Positions 17,237 through 26,800 of a stretch of DNA of 27,438 nt are shown here, piece by piece. The number at the start of each line of letters is the position of its first letter. The first letter of the stretch is position 1. A program made the translations under genes and the position numbers. Source of the DNA: Candidatus Poseidoniales archaeon (GTDB lineage: Archaea > Thermoplasmatota > Poseidoniia > Poseidoniales > Poseidoniaceae); assembly GCA_012959845.1 (NCBI GenBank), contig DUCL01000092.1:1-27438 (forward strand), given 5' to 3'. The notes beneath the pieces were generated by a model that saw only the letters and a list, made by a program, of their open reading frames with translations, did no database searches and was not told the origin of the DNA.

Positions 17237-18952
17237 ATGGCTAGTGACTTAGATATTGCAAGAGCTGCGACTCCGGAGCCAATAGAAGCAATTGCTTGGA
17301 AATTAGGCATCTCATCCCACGAATTAACTCCTGTTGGAAATGGAATGGCAAAAATAACCTGGGAGGCTATCTGTGAGAGATTCAATCGCCCTCAAGGAAG
17401 CCTTGTATTAGTTACATCAGTCAATCCAACTCCATTCGGTGAAGGGAAAACTGTCACTACGATTGGATTAACGCAGGCGTTATGTGCAATTGGCTCTAAA
17501 GCCACATGTGTAGTTCGCGAACCATCTATGGGTCCAGTGTTCGGAATCAAAGGTGGGGCTGCTGGTGGCGGACATTCTCAAGTATTGCCAATGGAAGATA
17601 TCAATCTCCATTTCACTGGTGATATGCATGCGATTACATCTACTCACAACTTGCTGAGTGCATTGATTGACAATCATCTGAAATTTGGTAATGATTGCAA
17701 AATAGATACTGAGCGAATTGGTTGGCCTCGAGTCATTGATATGAATGATAGGTCTCTACGCCAAATAGTAGTTGGATTAGGCACTGCAGCAAATGGAAAT
17801 GTACGACAAGACCGTTTTGATATTACTGCTGCAAGTGAAGTGATGGCTATTTTGGTATTAGCAAGTGACTATGCAGATCTTCGTAGAAGACTTGGTGAGA
17901 TAGTAATCGGTCCTTCATTTGAAGGAAATCCTGTCAAGGCTGAAGATATTGGTGCTGCCGGTGCCATGGCATTATTATTGAGAAATGCATTTCTGCCAAA
18001 TCTTGTGCAAACCTTAGAAGGAAATCCTGCATTTATTCATGGCGGTCCCTTCGCAAATATCGCCCATGGCAATTCCAGTATTATCGCTGATAGAATCGCT
18101 CTTGGAGCGGCGGATATTGTTGTCACTGAAGCCGGTTTTGGTTCCGACATGGGTGCTGAAAAATTCATGCATATCAAAGCCGCCAATTCTGGTAAGGCTC
18201 CAGACTGTGTTGTGATGAATGTCACTATTCGTTCGATGAAATTACATGGCGGTGCCTTTGGAGATAAAGGTGGATATCGCCCAACTGCTGAAGAATTGGC
18301 TGCTGAAAATGTTGAGGCCGTGGTGGCGGGTGCAACTGGTAATCTAGATAGGCATATCAAAAATATGGCTGGTTTTGGAATGCCGGTTATTGTTTCAATC
18401 AATCGCTTTTCTACAGATACTGATGCGGAACTTGCTGCATTGGATGAAGCCGCTAGAGCAAGTGGAGCAACTGCTGTCAAAATCTGTGAAGTTCACGCAA
18501 AGGGAGGAGCGGGAGGTGAAGAACTTGCAAGGGCTGTCGTCTCTGCAGTTCAAGACCATGTTGCTGCTGGAAGACCATTCACTCCTCTGTTCATGCCCGA
18601 TGCAACCATTAGAGAAAAGATTGATTCAATCGCAACAAGAATCTACAAAGCAGAAAGAGTACGAATTGAGGCTTCTGCTGCAAAACAATTAGCACAGATT
18701 GAGAAATGGGGATATGGTACACTTCCAGTCTGTATGGCAAAAACACAATATTCATTCTCACACGATCCAAACCTTCTGGGTTCACCTTCAGGATTTACCA
18801 TACCGATTAAGGAATTCCGCCTAAATGCTGGTGCAGGATTTGTCGTTGCGATTTGTGGAAATATGATGACGATGCCAGGATTACCTAAGCGCCCTGCTGC
18901 CCTCGACATGGACATGGATGAGAACGGCAACTTAATCGGCGTATTTGGGTGA
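17237..18952 (+). CDS. fhs: Formate--tetrahydrofolate ligase
   Basis: TPFGEGKT P-loop, REPSMGPVFGIKGGAAGGG, HGGPFANIAHG, TEAGFGSD, CMAKTQYSFS, MTMPGLP. ATG 17237 (MASDLDIA) preferred. Confidence 0.97.
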   Translation: MASDLDIARAATPEPIEAIAWKLGISSHELTPVGNGMAKITWEAICERFNRPQGSLVLVTSVNPTPFGEGKTVTTIGLTQALCAIGSKATCVVREPSMGPVFGIKGGAAGGGHSQVLPMEDINLHFTGDMHAITSTHNLLSALIDNHLKFGNDCKIDTERIGWPRVIDMNDRSLRQIVVGLGTAANGNVRQDRFDITAASEVMAILVLASDYADLRRRLGEIVIGPSFEGNPVKAEDIGAAGAMALLLRNAFLPNLVQTLEGNPAFIHGGPFANIAHGNSSIIADRIALGAADIVVTEAGFGSDMGAEKFMHIKAANSGKAPDCVVMNVTIRSMKLHGGAFGDKGGYRPTAEELAAENVEAVVAGATGNLDRHIKNMAGFGMPVIVSINRFSTDTDAELAALDEAARASGATAVKICEVHAKGGAGGEELARAVVSAVQDHVAAGRPFTPLFMPDATIREKIDSIATRIYKAERVRIEASAAKQLAQIEKWGYGTLPVCMAKTQYSFSHDPNLLGSPSGFTIPIKEFRLNAGAGFVVAICGNMMTMPGLPKRPAALDMDMDENGNLIGVFG

Positions 18953-18953
18953 A

Positions 18954-20021
18954 ATGATGAAGATTGTCAAGCGTCAACAAATGTTGTGGAGAATTCGAAT
19001 AGAATCTCAAGATGACTTATGGTCTATCGCACGATTAGCGCGCAAAGGCATGTCAGTGGCAATGCTCGGTGAAAGAAGAGACCAAACTACTGTAGGAGAA
19101 ACAGGTGGACGAGCAAAGTCTGCTGAAAGAAAAAAAATGTGGATTCAATTGCGGATTGAATCAACAGAGTATCAAACATTTTCAGACACATTAAGAATTC
19201 ATGGCATAATTGAAGAGGCTCAATTTGATTTGGGATTGCATCACACTCACATTGTCGGAGTAAAGGACGAAATAGAAATCACATCTCTTACTCCCTTTGA
19301 TGCGACTGATATTGACTTATTAGTCCAAAGTGAAAAAGCCAGTAAAGCAGTTCAAGTCGCTCTACTTGTTGTTGAAAATGACGAAATGATTCTGTATTTT
19401 ATTACTGGAAGAGGGTTACGTGAAAGTGCTATGTGGACAATGCGTGGAGGAGGTAAACGTGGAGATTTGAAGACAACTTCTAGCGTGGCTTCATCCTTTA
19501 GAAAAAGTGTAATTTCCGCTATATCTTCTCAGTTAAATGATGAGATTCCACTGATTTTGTGCGGACCTGGCCATGCAAAGGACGTATTACTACCTGAACT
19601 AAGAGATAATGGTCATAGTAGATTCATTAAATCAGTCGCCACTTCAATGGGAGGTCGCTCAGCCGCTAATGAAGTGATAAGAGATGGTTTGGCTGAAGAT
19701 TTACTTGGTGAGCATGCAATATCAAAAGAAGTAAAACTGTTAGAAGAAGCATGGACAAGGCTATCCACAACCGGCACCGTAGCCTATGGCAAGGAACAGT
19801 TGGATAGAGCATTGAGTGAAGGGGCGATAGAAACATTACTCATAACTGCAGATTTACTGAGAAATGAAGAAGATACTATTGCTGGGAAATCATGGCCGAT
19901 ATGGTGTAGAGGTCTTTCTAAAATTTCTGCAACACTAGTTCAATGTTCAACCGACCATGATTCAGGCCAACAATTGCTAGGAATGGGTGGAGTTGTTGCC
20001 CTGCTACGTTACAAAATGTAA
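18954..20021 (+). CDS. pelA: mRNA surveillance/ribosome rescue protein Pelota (Dom34)
   Basis: IESQDDLW, LRIHGII, HHT, CGPGH, VAYG, A.ETLLIT, LLGMGGVVALLRY eRF1-like domains. ATG 1 nt after the fhs stop, with GGGTGA SD. Confidence 0.92.
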   Translation: MMKIVKRQQMLWRIRIESQDDLWSIARLARKGMSVAMLGERRDQTTVGETGGRAKSAERKKMWIQLRIESTEYQTFSDTLRIHGIIEEAQFDLGLHHTHIVGVKDEIEITSLTPFDATDIDLLVQSEKASKAVQVALLVVENDEMILYFITGRGLRESAMWTMRGGGKRGDLKTTSSVASSFRKSVISAISSQLNDEIPLILCGPGHAKDVLLPELRDNGHSRFIKSVATSMGGRSAANEVIRDGLAEDLLGEHAISKEVKLLEEAWTRLSTTGTVAYGKEQLDRALSEGAIETLLITADLLRNEEDTIAGKSWPIWCRGLSKISATLVQCSTDHDSGQQLLGMGGVVALLRYKM

Positions 20022-20037
20022 AACGGGAGTATTTACG

Positions 20038-20355
20038 ATGGAAGATAAAAACTCTTTCAAATTCGCGTGGTTTAGTCAATTCAAGGATATTCCTCGCGAC
20101 GAACTTCGCCAATCATTGCGAGGGTTGCGTTGGGTATTACTCAACGCTGAAGATTTGCCGAATGCAACGGCTGTTTGGATGTTTGCAGAACTTGATGGGT
20201 TTTTTATCGCTCTAGACCATAGAGGGAGTGAATATTCTTCAGGCGTTCACAACAGAGCCATCCACTTGCTATTAATTGATGAACAACAGGAAATACGTGG
20301 AATTTCAAAGATTATTTGTGCCGCAACTGACTCAATTGAAAATCATCTTTGGTAA
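20038..20355 (+). CDS. Hypothetical protein (105 aa)
   Basis: ATG 20038 after GGGAG; protein-like composition; fills the gap between pelota and tRNA-Val. Confidence 0.65.
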   Translation: MEDKNSFKFAWFSQFKDIPRDELRQSLRGLRWVLLNAEDLPNATAVWMFAELDGFFIALDHRGSEYSSGVHNRAIHLLLIDEQQEIRGISKIICAATDSIENHLW

Positions 20356-20373
20356 AATACCAATCTTCAAAGG

Positions 20374-20447
20374 TGGGCTCGAGGGGATTCGAACCCCCGA
20401 TCAACGCCGTGTAAAGGCGCTGTCATAACCAGCTAGACCACGAACCC
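20374..20447 (-). tRNA. tRNA-Val(TAC), intronless, CCA not fully encoded
   Basis: Reverse complement GGGTTCG...GCGCC-TT-TAC-AC-GGCGT...GGGGG-TTCGAAT-CCCCT-CGAGCCC-A, followed by CCT. Confidence 0.95.
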
Positions 20448-20530
20448 GTGCTCCGACCCTATGGCAAGGGGTTTTTCAATTAACCGCATAGCCACTAACC
20501 TCAAAACCATTCAGCGCTAGCCCCGTATAT

Positions 20531-21226
20531 ATGGATGAAGATGTCCAAGCGACTGCAGCGAGGTTAGTTCGTCGCCTAAAAGAAGGAAATCACACTATTA
20601 CTGTGGCGGAATCTTGTACTGGTGGTTTGCTTGCCAGTGCATTTACCGACATTGCTGGTGCAAGTCAGTGGTTTCGCCAGTCTTGGGTGACATATTCCAA
20701 TGATGCTAAGATAAAGGAACTCGGAGTAACAGAAGAGGCATTGAAAAGAAGAGGTGCAGTTTCAGCAGAAGTTGCAATCCAAATGGCTCAAGGCGCTCGG
20801 ATTAAGGCGGATGCGAGTATTGCACTATCTATCACAGGAATTGCTGGACCAAATCATGATGGAAGCAAGAAAAAAATCGGTACAGTGTATGTTGGAATAG
20901 CATCGGAAAATTGGGCCAATTCTGACATTACTGAAATCGGAGGTAATCGCGCAGAAAATAAAATTGCCTTCGTTCATTTCGCATTGCTAACAGCAATCAA
21001 ATATTGGGACAAGGCAATGGCTGATGCAGAAGTCGCAAGAAAGGAAGAAGAGGCAAGAATTGCTGCGGAAGATAATGCCAAACTGATGTTCGAAGAAGAA
21101 AGAGCAAAGCGTGAGGCAGAGGCAAAAGAAAGTGACCCTTGGCAAGAAGATGCGCAGGGTGGAAATGAAAAATCATCACGCTCAAAAGAAAGTATGAGTA
21201 ACGAAATCAATTGGGATAAAGAGTAG
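20531..21226 (+). CDS. CinA C-terminal domain protein (NMN deamidase PncC-like) with charged C-terminal extension
   Basis: VAESCTGGL, TYSNDAK...LGV, GAVS.EVA.QMA.G, SITGIAGP, GTVYVG. Confidence 0.88.
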   Translation: MDEDVQATAARLVRRLKEGNHTITVAESCTGGLLASAFTDIAGASQWFRQSWVTYSNDAKIKELGVTEEALKRRGAVSAEVAIQMAQGARIKADASIALSITGIAGPNHDGSKKKIGTVYVGIASENWANSDITEIGGNRAENKIAFVHFALLTAIKYWDKAMADAEVARKEEEARIAAEDNAKLMFEEERAKREAEAKESDPWQEDAQGGNEKSSRSKESMSNEINWDKE

Positions 21227-21275
21227 AATTGTATACTCGTTATTATGAAATTGTAGTATCCTTGTCGCACTGCTT

Positions 21276-22940
21276 ATGTGTATCCGCTGTCACCTTCGTC
21301 TTATGGGTGGCGATGCAGCAGATATCTGGCAGCATTTGGCCAGTCGCAAAATAATGTTATTTCAATCAATGAAGCAGGCTGTTCAAGAACTTGAAGACCC
21401 ATATGCTGTGTTTTCATTTGCTCAAGAAATAGGCTTTGAATCGGGACTATTGACTCAAGAGATTTTGGATAAAATGGTTACAGCCTACAATTCTTCTCAA
21501 GGTAATCAAATAGCAATAGAGGAAAAGGAGACTCCAACAAAACCGCATATCAAAGAAGAAACCATCGCCAATACCTCTGCAAATGAACTGGGGAGAACGA
21601 TTGCACCAATTGCACAGCATGAGCCTTTTGATGTCCGCTTTCGTAACAACTTACCCGATTGGAGCGTAAATGACTTTAGCGAAAATGCAAGTGATGCTGC
21701 GAGCGAAATCAAAGTTCATTATGACATCACTGGAAACTCGGTTACTGAAGGAAAAATGTCCGATATTAACTCATGTTTTTCTGACCGATTAGAAAAAATT
21801 AGAAAAATGATAATTGCAAATTCAAACCTACCAAAACCACCACAGGAAATAGCAAGACTGAATTCTGAATATTCCCGCTATCAGGGATATGAAAATACAG
21901 TGGTTGCAATCGGTTTGGTAAACGACCCACGCTATACAAAAAATGGCCACTTAATGTGGGGTATTGAAGATGTTACTGGAGAAATGACTTGTCTACTAAC
22001 CAAGCGGCAAGGAGATGATAGAGATAGAGCGCAGGAAATGATTCTTGAATCTGGGCTAATGCCTGATGATGTATTGGGTGTTTCTGGCTCATTTAGCCAA
22101 ACTGGGGATGTATTTTATGTCTCAGATTTGTTTTTCCCGCTAAAACCAAAACATCAGAAATCTAGTTCCGAACATGGAGTTAGCGTAGCATTCATCTCCG
22201 ACATTCATGTCGGTTCAAAGACCTTCTTAGAAGCGCAATGGCACAAAATGGTAAGATGGTTTCACACCGACCCGCTTGCAAAGACAATCAAATATCTCAT
22301 ATTATCAGGAGACTGTGTCGATGGAGTTGGAATTTATCCGGGACAAGATAAAGAATTGGCAATACCTGATTTGTATGGCCAATACACAGAATTTGCCAGA
22401 CTTCTTGAGTTATTACCCGACTGGGTTGAATGTGTAATGTTGCCAGGAAATCACGATGCTGTTCGTCCGGCAGAACCACAACCAACATTTGAGAAGGATA
22501 TTCAACAGGATTATAATTCAACAACATTTGTTGGAAATCCTTGTGACTTTTCTTTGAATGGTGTGCGCGTGTTATCTTACCACGGAAAATCAATTGACGA
22601 TTTCGTTGCTGGTTTGCGAACTGTGACATACTCAGATCCGGTTGAAGCGATGCGACAAATGTTGAGAAGAAGACACCTTGCGCCACAATGGGGAGGCAAA
22701 ACTCCACTTTCTCCTGAACCTGAAGACGGTTTGGTTATCAATGAAGTGCCTGATATTTTTGTTACCGGTCACGTCCATGGTCACGCGTGCGTTGATTTCA
22801 AGGGTACGACATTGATTTGTTCAAGTACATGGCAAGACCAAACTTCATACCAAAGAATGCTTGGTTTCCAGCCGAAACCATGTATGTTAACCATTGTAAA
22901 TCTAAAGAGTCATGCGACTACTGCAATTCCATTTGCATGA
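21276..22940 (+). CDS. dp1: DNA polymerase D small (proofreading exonuclease) subunit DP1
   Basis: OB-fold region plus calcineurin-like phosphoesterase motifs SDIHVGS, GDCVDG, PGNHD, YHG.SIDD, RRHLAP.WG, TGHVH. Alternative start ATG 21303. Confidence 0.96.
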   Translation: MCIRCHLRLMGGDAADIWQHLASRKIMLFQSMKQAVQELEDPYAVFSFAQEIGFESGLLTQEILDKMVTAYNSSQGNQIAIEEKETPTKPHIKEETIANTSANELGRTIAPIAQHEPFDVRFRNNLPDWSVNDFSENASDAASEIKVHYDITGNSVTEGKMSDINSCFSDRLEKIRKMIIANSNLPKPPQEIARLNSEYSRYQGYENTVVAIGLVNDPRYTKNGHLMWGIEDVTGEMTCLLTKRQGDDRDRAQEMILESGLMPDDVLGVSGSFSQTGDVFYVSDLFFPLKPKHQKSSSEHGVSVAFISDIHVGSKTFLEAQWHKMVRWFHTDPLAKTIKYLILSGDCVDGVGIYPGQDKELAIPDLYGQYTEFARLLELLPDWVECVMLPGNHDAVRPAEPQPTFEKDIQQDYNSTTFVGNPCDFSLNGVRVLSYHGKSIDDFVAGLRTVTYSDPVEAMRQMLRRRHLAPQWGGKTPLSPEPEDGLVINEVPDIFVTGHVHGHACVDFKGTTLICSSTWQDQTSYQRMLGFQPKPCMLTIVNLKSHATTAIPFA

Positions 22941-22952
22941 ACAGTGATAGCG

Positions 22953-23645
22953 CTATTCAAGGCCTAAGAGTGGCCTCAGCAAGCTCAAGTCCTTTTCAGT
23001 CACGATTTCAACACCTGCCTTTTCGAATGCTAATAGCGAAGAATCTCTTGATGGATTGAAGCCAATGAAATTACTACCTTCAATCTGCATACTCAAATCC
23101 ATTTCAGAATCCCCAATCGAAACTACACCAGATGAGATAATACCATTCATCTCGCATAATTTTTTGATTACCTCGCCTTTGCCACCGGCATGCAAACGGC
23201 AAATACCTTCATCTGTTAAGGAGTCGTCATCTGCAAATTCAAAACCATTTGCAATCCAATCATCAACCTTTAGCATCGATGCAATCGTTGAAACAAAAAT
23301 ATCTACACCTGCAGAAACAATTGCTACAAATACTCCGCGTTGCTTCAATTCAGCAACAAGTTCTCTAGCACCAGGCATCAATTTCACACCGGAATATGCC
23401 CTAAACAGGTCATCCTTGAATATCGGGTTTTGCTTGTTCTTCCATAATTGTATATCAGAGCGCATAAACTCAACATCACTCAATTCACCATCGATAAAAT
23501 GTTGCAAATTTTTAGCATTATCAGTTCCGAAATGATCGTGAAGAGTTCTCCATGACGAGACTGCATCAACCAAGACTCCATCACAATCAAAAACAACACA
23601 GGCAGGTAATTTCGCCTCAACTGAATTGCTAGGACCCGTTACCAT
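22953..23645 (-). CDS. HAD-superfamily hydrolase, subfamily IB (phosphoserine phosphatase-like)
   Basis: Motif I FDCDGVL, motif II IVSAG, motif III K, motif IV IGDSEMD. ATG 23645 follows GGAG (track starts at GTG 23717). Confidence 0.88.
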   Translation of the reverse strand: MVTGPSNSVEAKLPACVVFDCDGVLVDAVSSWRTLHDHFGTDNAKNLQHFIDGELSDVEFMRSDIQLWKNKQNPIFKDDLFRAYSGVKLMPGARELVAELKQRGVFVAIVSAGVDIFVSTIASMLKVDDWIANGFEFADDDSLTDEGICRLHAGGKGEVIKKLCEMNGIISSGVVSIGDSEMDLSMQIEGSNFIGFNPSRDSSLLAFEKAGVEIVTEKDLSLLRPLLGLE

Positions 23646-23730
23646 GTGTCTCTCCAATACCTCACAGGAGGACTCTTGTTTGAAAGGCTTCGCAACAATT
23701 GAGATAGAACTCAGCACAGGTTACTGAAAG

Positions 23731-23876
23731 AAAAAAAGGGGAAGCGAAAAACTGGAGGGGTTCAAAGAACCCCAACCAGCGTTCGCATCGTCTCAACCGT
23801 CTCCGCAGAGTACGGTTTTCTCGAAAAGCAAGAGGGCAGAGGGCCGCAGCCCTCCAACCCTAATGCGTCCTTTTGC
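23731..23876 (-). ncRNA. Structured 3'-UTR or sRNA with three hairpins (two cUGCGg tetraloops) ending in a U7 terminator
   Basis: Stems 23839-44/23849-54, 23795-803/23808-17 and 23757-63/23767-73, with outer extensions; A7 run at 23731-37 on + strand. Confidence 0.6.
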
Positions 23877-23888
23877 ACTTACCTAAGT

Positions 23889-26800
23889 TCAAGCCTTGAG
23901 GTCGTATGCCAATCCGCTCCAGGAGCGAAGTAGAGCACCTTGCGCATTTGCCGGAGCATATGACATGGTGATCGTGACATCGGTCAAAGGTGTACCATCA
24001 GGTGCGTGGGTGCGTACATAGACTTCATCACCAGTGTTGAAGGTAGAAATCGACTTGGTTCCTTCCTTATTCACTTGGTCTACGAATGTGACGAAAGCGT
24101 CACTGTTTGCAGGGTTGAACCCGTAAACATCGTTAGTATCAGCCAAATTGGCAGTGAAGGTCTGGGGAGACCCACTTGCATCCACATAGAACACACGGAC
24201 TTCAACAGCTTGAGTTGCCAAGTCTGTTTCAGATTGTGTCACTGAGATTCTCCAGTGACCTTGATCCGCGTCTCCACCATTGATATCCTCAATAGAGAAG
24301 GTGACTCTAGGGACACCCTTGACATCAGTTTCAGCTAGACTAGAAGCCCACACGTAGATTACACCTGATAGAACCACTGTGATAGCGACCATTAGAATGG
24401 TTGCGATAACAGGGGATACTGCAAGTTCATCTTCTACGATAGACTCTTCCAATGCTTCCTCGTCCTCATCACGGCGTCCGGAAAGTGCAAGAGCACTGAC
24501 AAAGACACCAGCAAGGCTCACAGCAATAATGCTAGGAGCGAAGGAAGGAACTGCACCTGCGCCGATTGTACCGACTACAGTTGGCAGATCTTGTCCACTT
24601 GCCTCAAAGGTTGAAGATGGCTGGTTAGCGTGTGCACATGTTGCTGCAGTACCAAGACTGGACATCATGTTGTTACACCAGTTGCTGTCTTCAAGTAGAG
24701 GTCGGCGTTCAGAGGTCTGTGTAGCATTGCTACCGTATTGACCAGGCTTGGACCAATCTGCTCCTTGTTGTCCTTGGTTGTTAGAACGGTGGGAAGCAGG
24801 GCTATCAGTCTGGAAACGCTCAGTAGCAGGTGCTAGCACGTCACAAGGGTTAGCCATACAGGTCTTGACATCCATCTCGACCCAAACGTTTGTTGTATCC
24901 TTTGTGATGTACACATCTTCAGTGATCGCAACTGATGTTCCATATGCTGGTACAGCGTAGTAGCGTGTTTGCTCAACTTCAGAGTGACCGTCTGTGTGGT
25001 AGGTAATCGCCAACATGTGGTCGTAGGTGTAAGGACCTTCATCTCCGCCAGCAGTAACATCAACAGTAACTGGTACATATGTTCCAGTCATGATGTTGCT
25101 AACTCCATTGAAGGAGAATCCTGTATTTGCACTGAATCCGTAGTCAGCAACAAGCTCACGTACTCTTTCAACACGGATACCAATCTCTTGTGTAGCAACA
25201 CCTTGCGAATAATCTGCAATTGGCATCAAAGCAGTATCGTAATTAGGAACATACGATGGTGCAGATGCTGTGTCACGTAGTACCAAACGGATTTGACAGT
25301 AGTCAGATCCGGTCGGTCCGATTTGGTGGATACCGTTGTCGTTCAAGTAGTCAACTTCCCAATCAAATCCATTGGTTGTTGCATCTTCAACTAGGTCCAA
25401 GACTAAGTCATCACCAACAATTGATGCAGCGAAGTAGTTACCGTATACACACTGGTCTGTAGACTCAATTTCCCAAGTCAAATCAGAGTCCTCGTGGTCG
25501 ATATCGTCCTTCATTGCAGCAAGACTGAATGTCAAGTTGGCAGCAGTGGTATCGTCTTCCATGACTGAAAGCTTCCAAGGGATTGTGTTAACAGATCCGT
25601 TGTCTGGATTCACTGAAACAGTTCTTCCTTCATCATCGGTCATCGATGCGTTCCAGTCAACAATAACTGGAGCGTCGTTAACAGGTGATACTGAGAAATC
25701 AACATCAAACGCAATTGCATCTTGGTCCCCTACTCCATCATCGGATAGAGTCAGAGTAACCGTACAGGTGCCTCCAAGTTCGTTGTTTGTGTTCTCGGAA
25801 AGAACCAACTCGTTGAGTGAGTTCACTTCAGCAGTGAAGGCAATACATGTTGAAGGTACAGATGCACCCCATGTGTAGACTTGTCGTACTGGCGCTTGCT
25901 CGTTAGCCATGTCACGGATGTATGAACGTGTTGCATTGCTTACATCTCCCAAGAACTTGGTATGTGAACCGAATCCTTCTGGCAGAATGTTGTTGAATGA
26001 CACATCCTCAGAGAAGAGAGGCATACAGTCTATTTCATCAATATTACAAATCACTGGTGCGTCATTGACGTTTTCAACTTCGAATGTTATGTTCTTAGAA
26101 TCAGTCAATCCGTTGCTGTCAGTTACTTCGAAGCTGTAGGTCATAGTACCGAACTGGTTGTCAAGAGGTGTGATAGTTACTTGGTGACCATTTTGGTTCC
26201 AATCAACTAGTATGCCGTCGTGAGCAACAAGGTTACTTTCAGCAGATGTCCAGGACATTGTTGCCTCATCGTCTTGCAAGTCATCAGCCATGTTAGTTAG
26301 GCTGAATGAGTAAGCACCTGAGTCTTCGTTGACAGTGATGTCATCGAGAGATGTTCCAATAACAGGACAAGCACGCTCCATATCTAGGTTGAGGTTAGCA
26401 TTGGTTGCCATTGATAGGTCCTCAGTAACAGCCCAGTCATATGCACAGTCTGCAGAGGTCTTGATCATTACATCGTAGGCCTTTGCAACACTTGGTGTGC
26501 TAGATCCCTTGTATGTGCGGTATACTAGTACTTCATCAGCAATTGAACCGGTTAGCAAATCATTGTGCGTCAACTCAACAGTGATGTATTCACTGAAGGT
26601 TTGCAAAGTGCTTCCGCTGTCAATTGTCTGAGTTGGGTGAACAGTGCTGACATCAGCAGTGCTCTCACCTTGTACTATTGCAACAATGTCAACTTGACTT
26701 GGTGTTCCACCCATACGGCTGAACGGTATTGAAATCTCAGCAAAACTGCCAGAGAAGTCTACCGAAATAGCGTCTTGACTCAATGATGTTGGTCCCCATC

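Noticed and set aside
23731-23891. Selenocysteine/readthrough recoding of the TGA stop via the downstream structure
   Set aside because: The TGA is followed by ACT TAG, so readthrough adds only two residues; no archaeal SECIS GAA/A motif was recognised.
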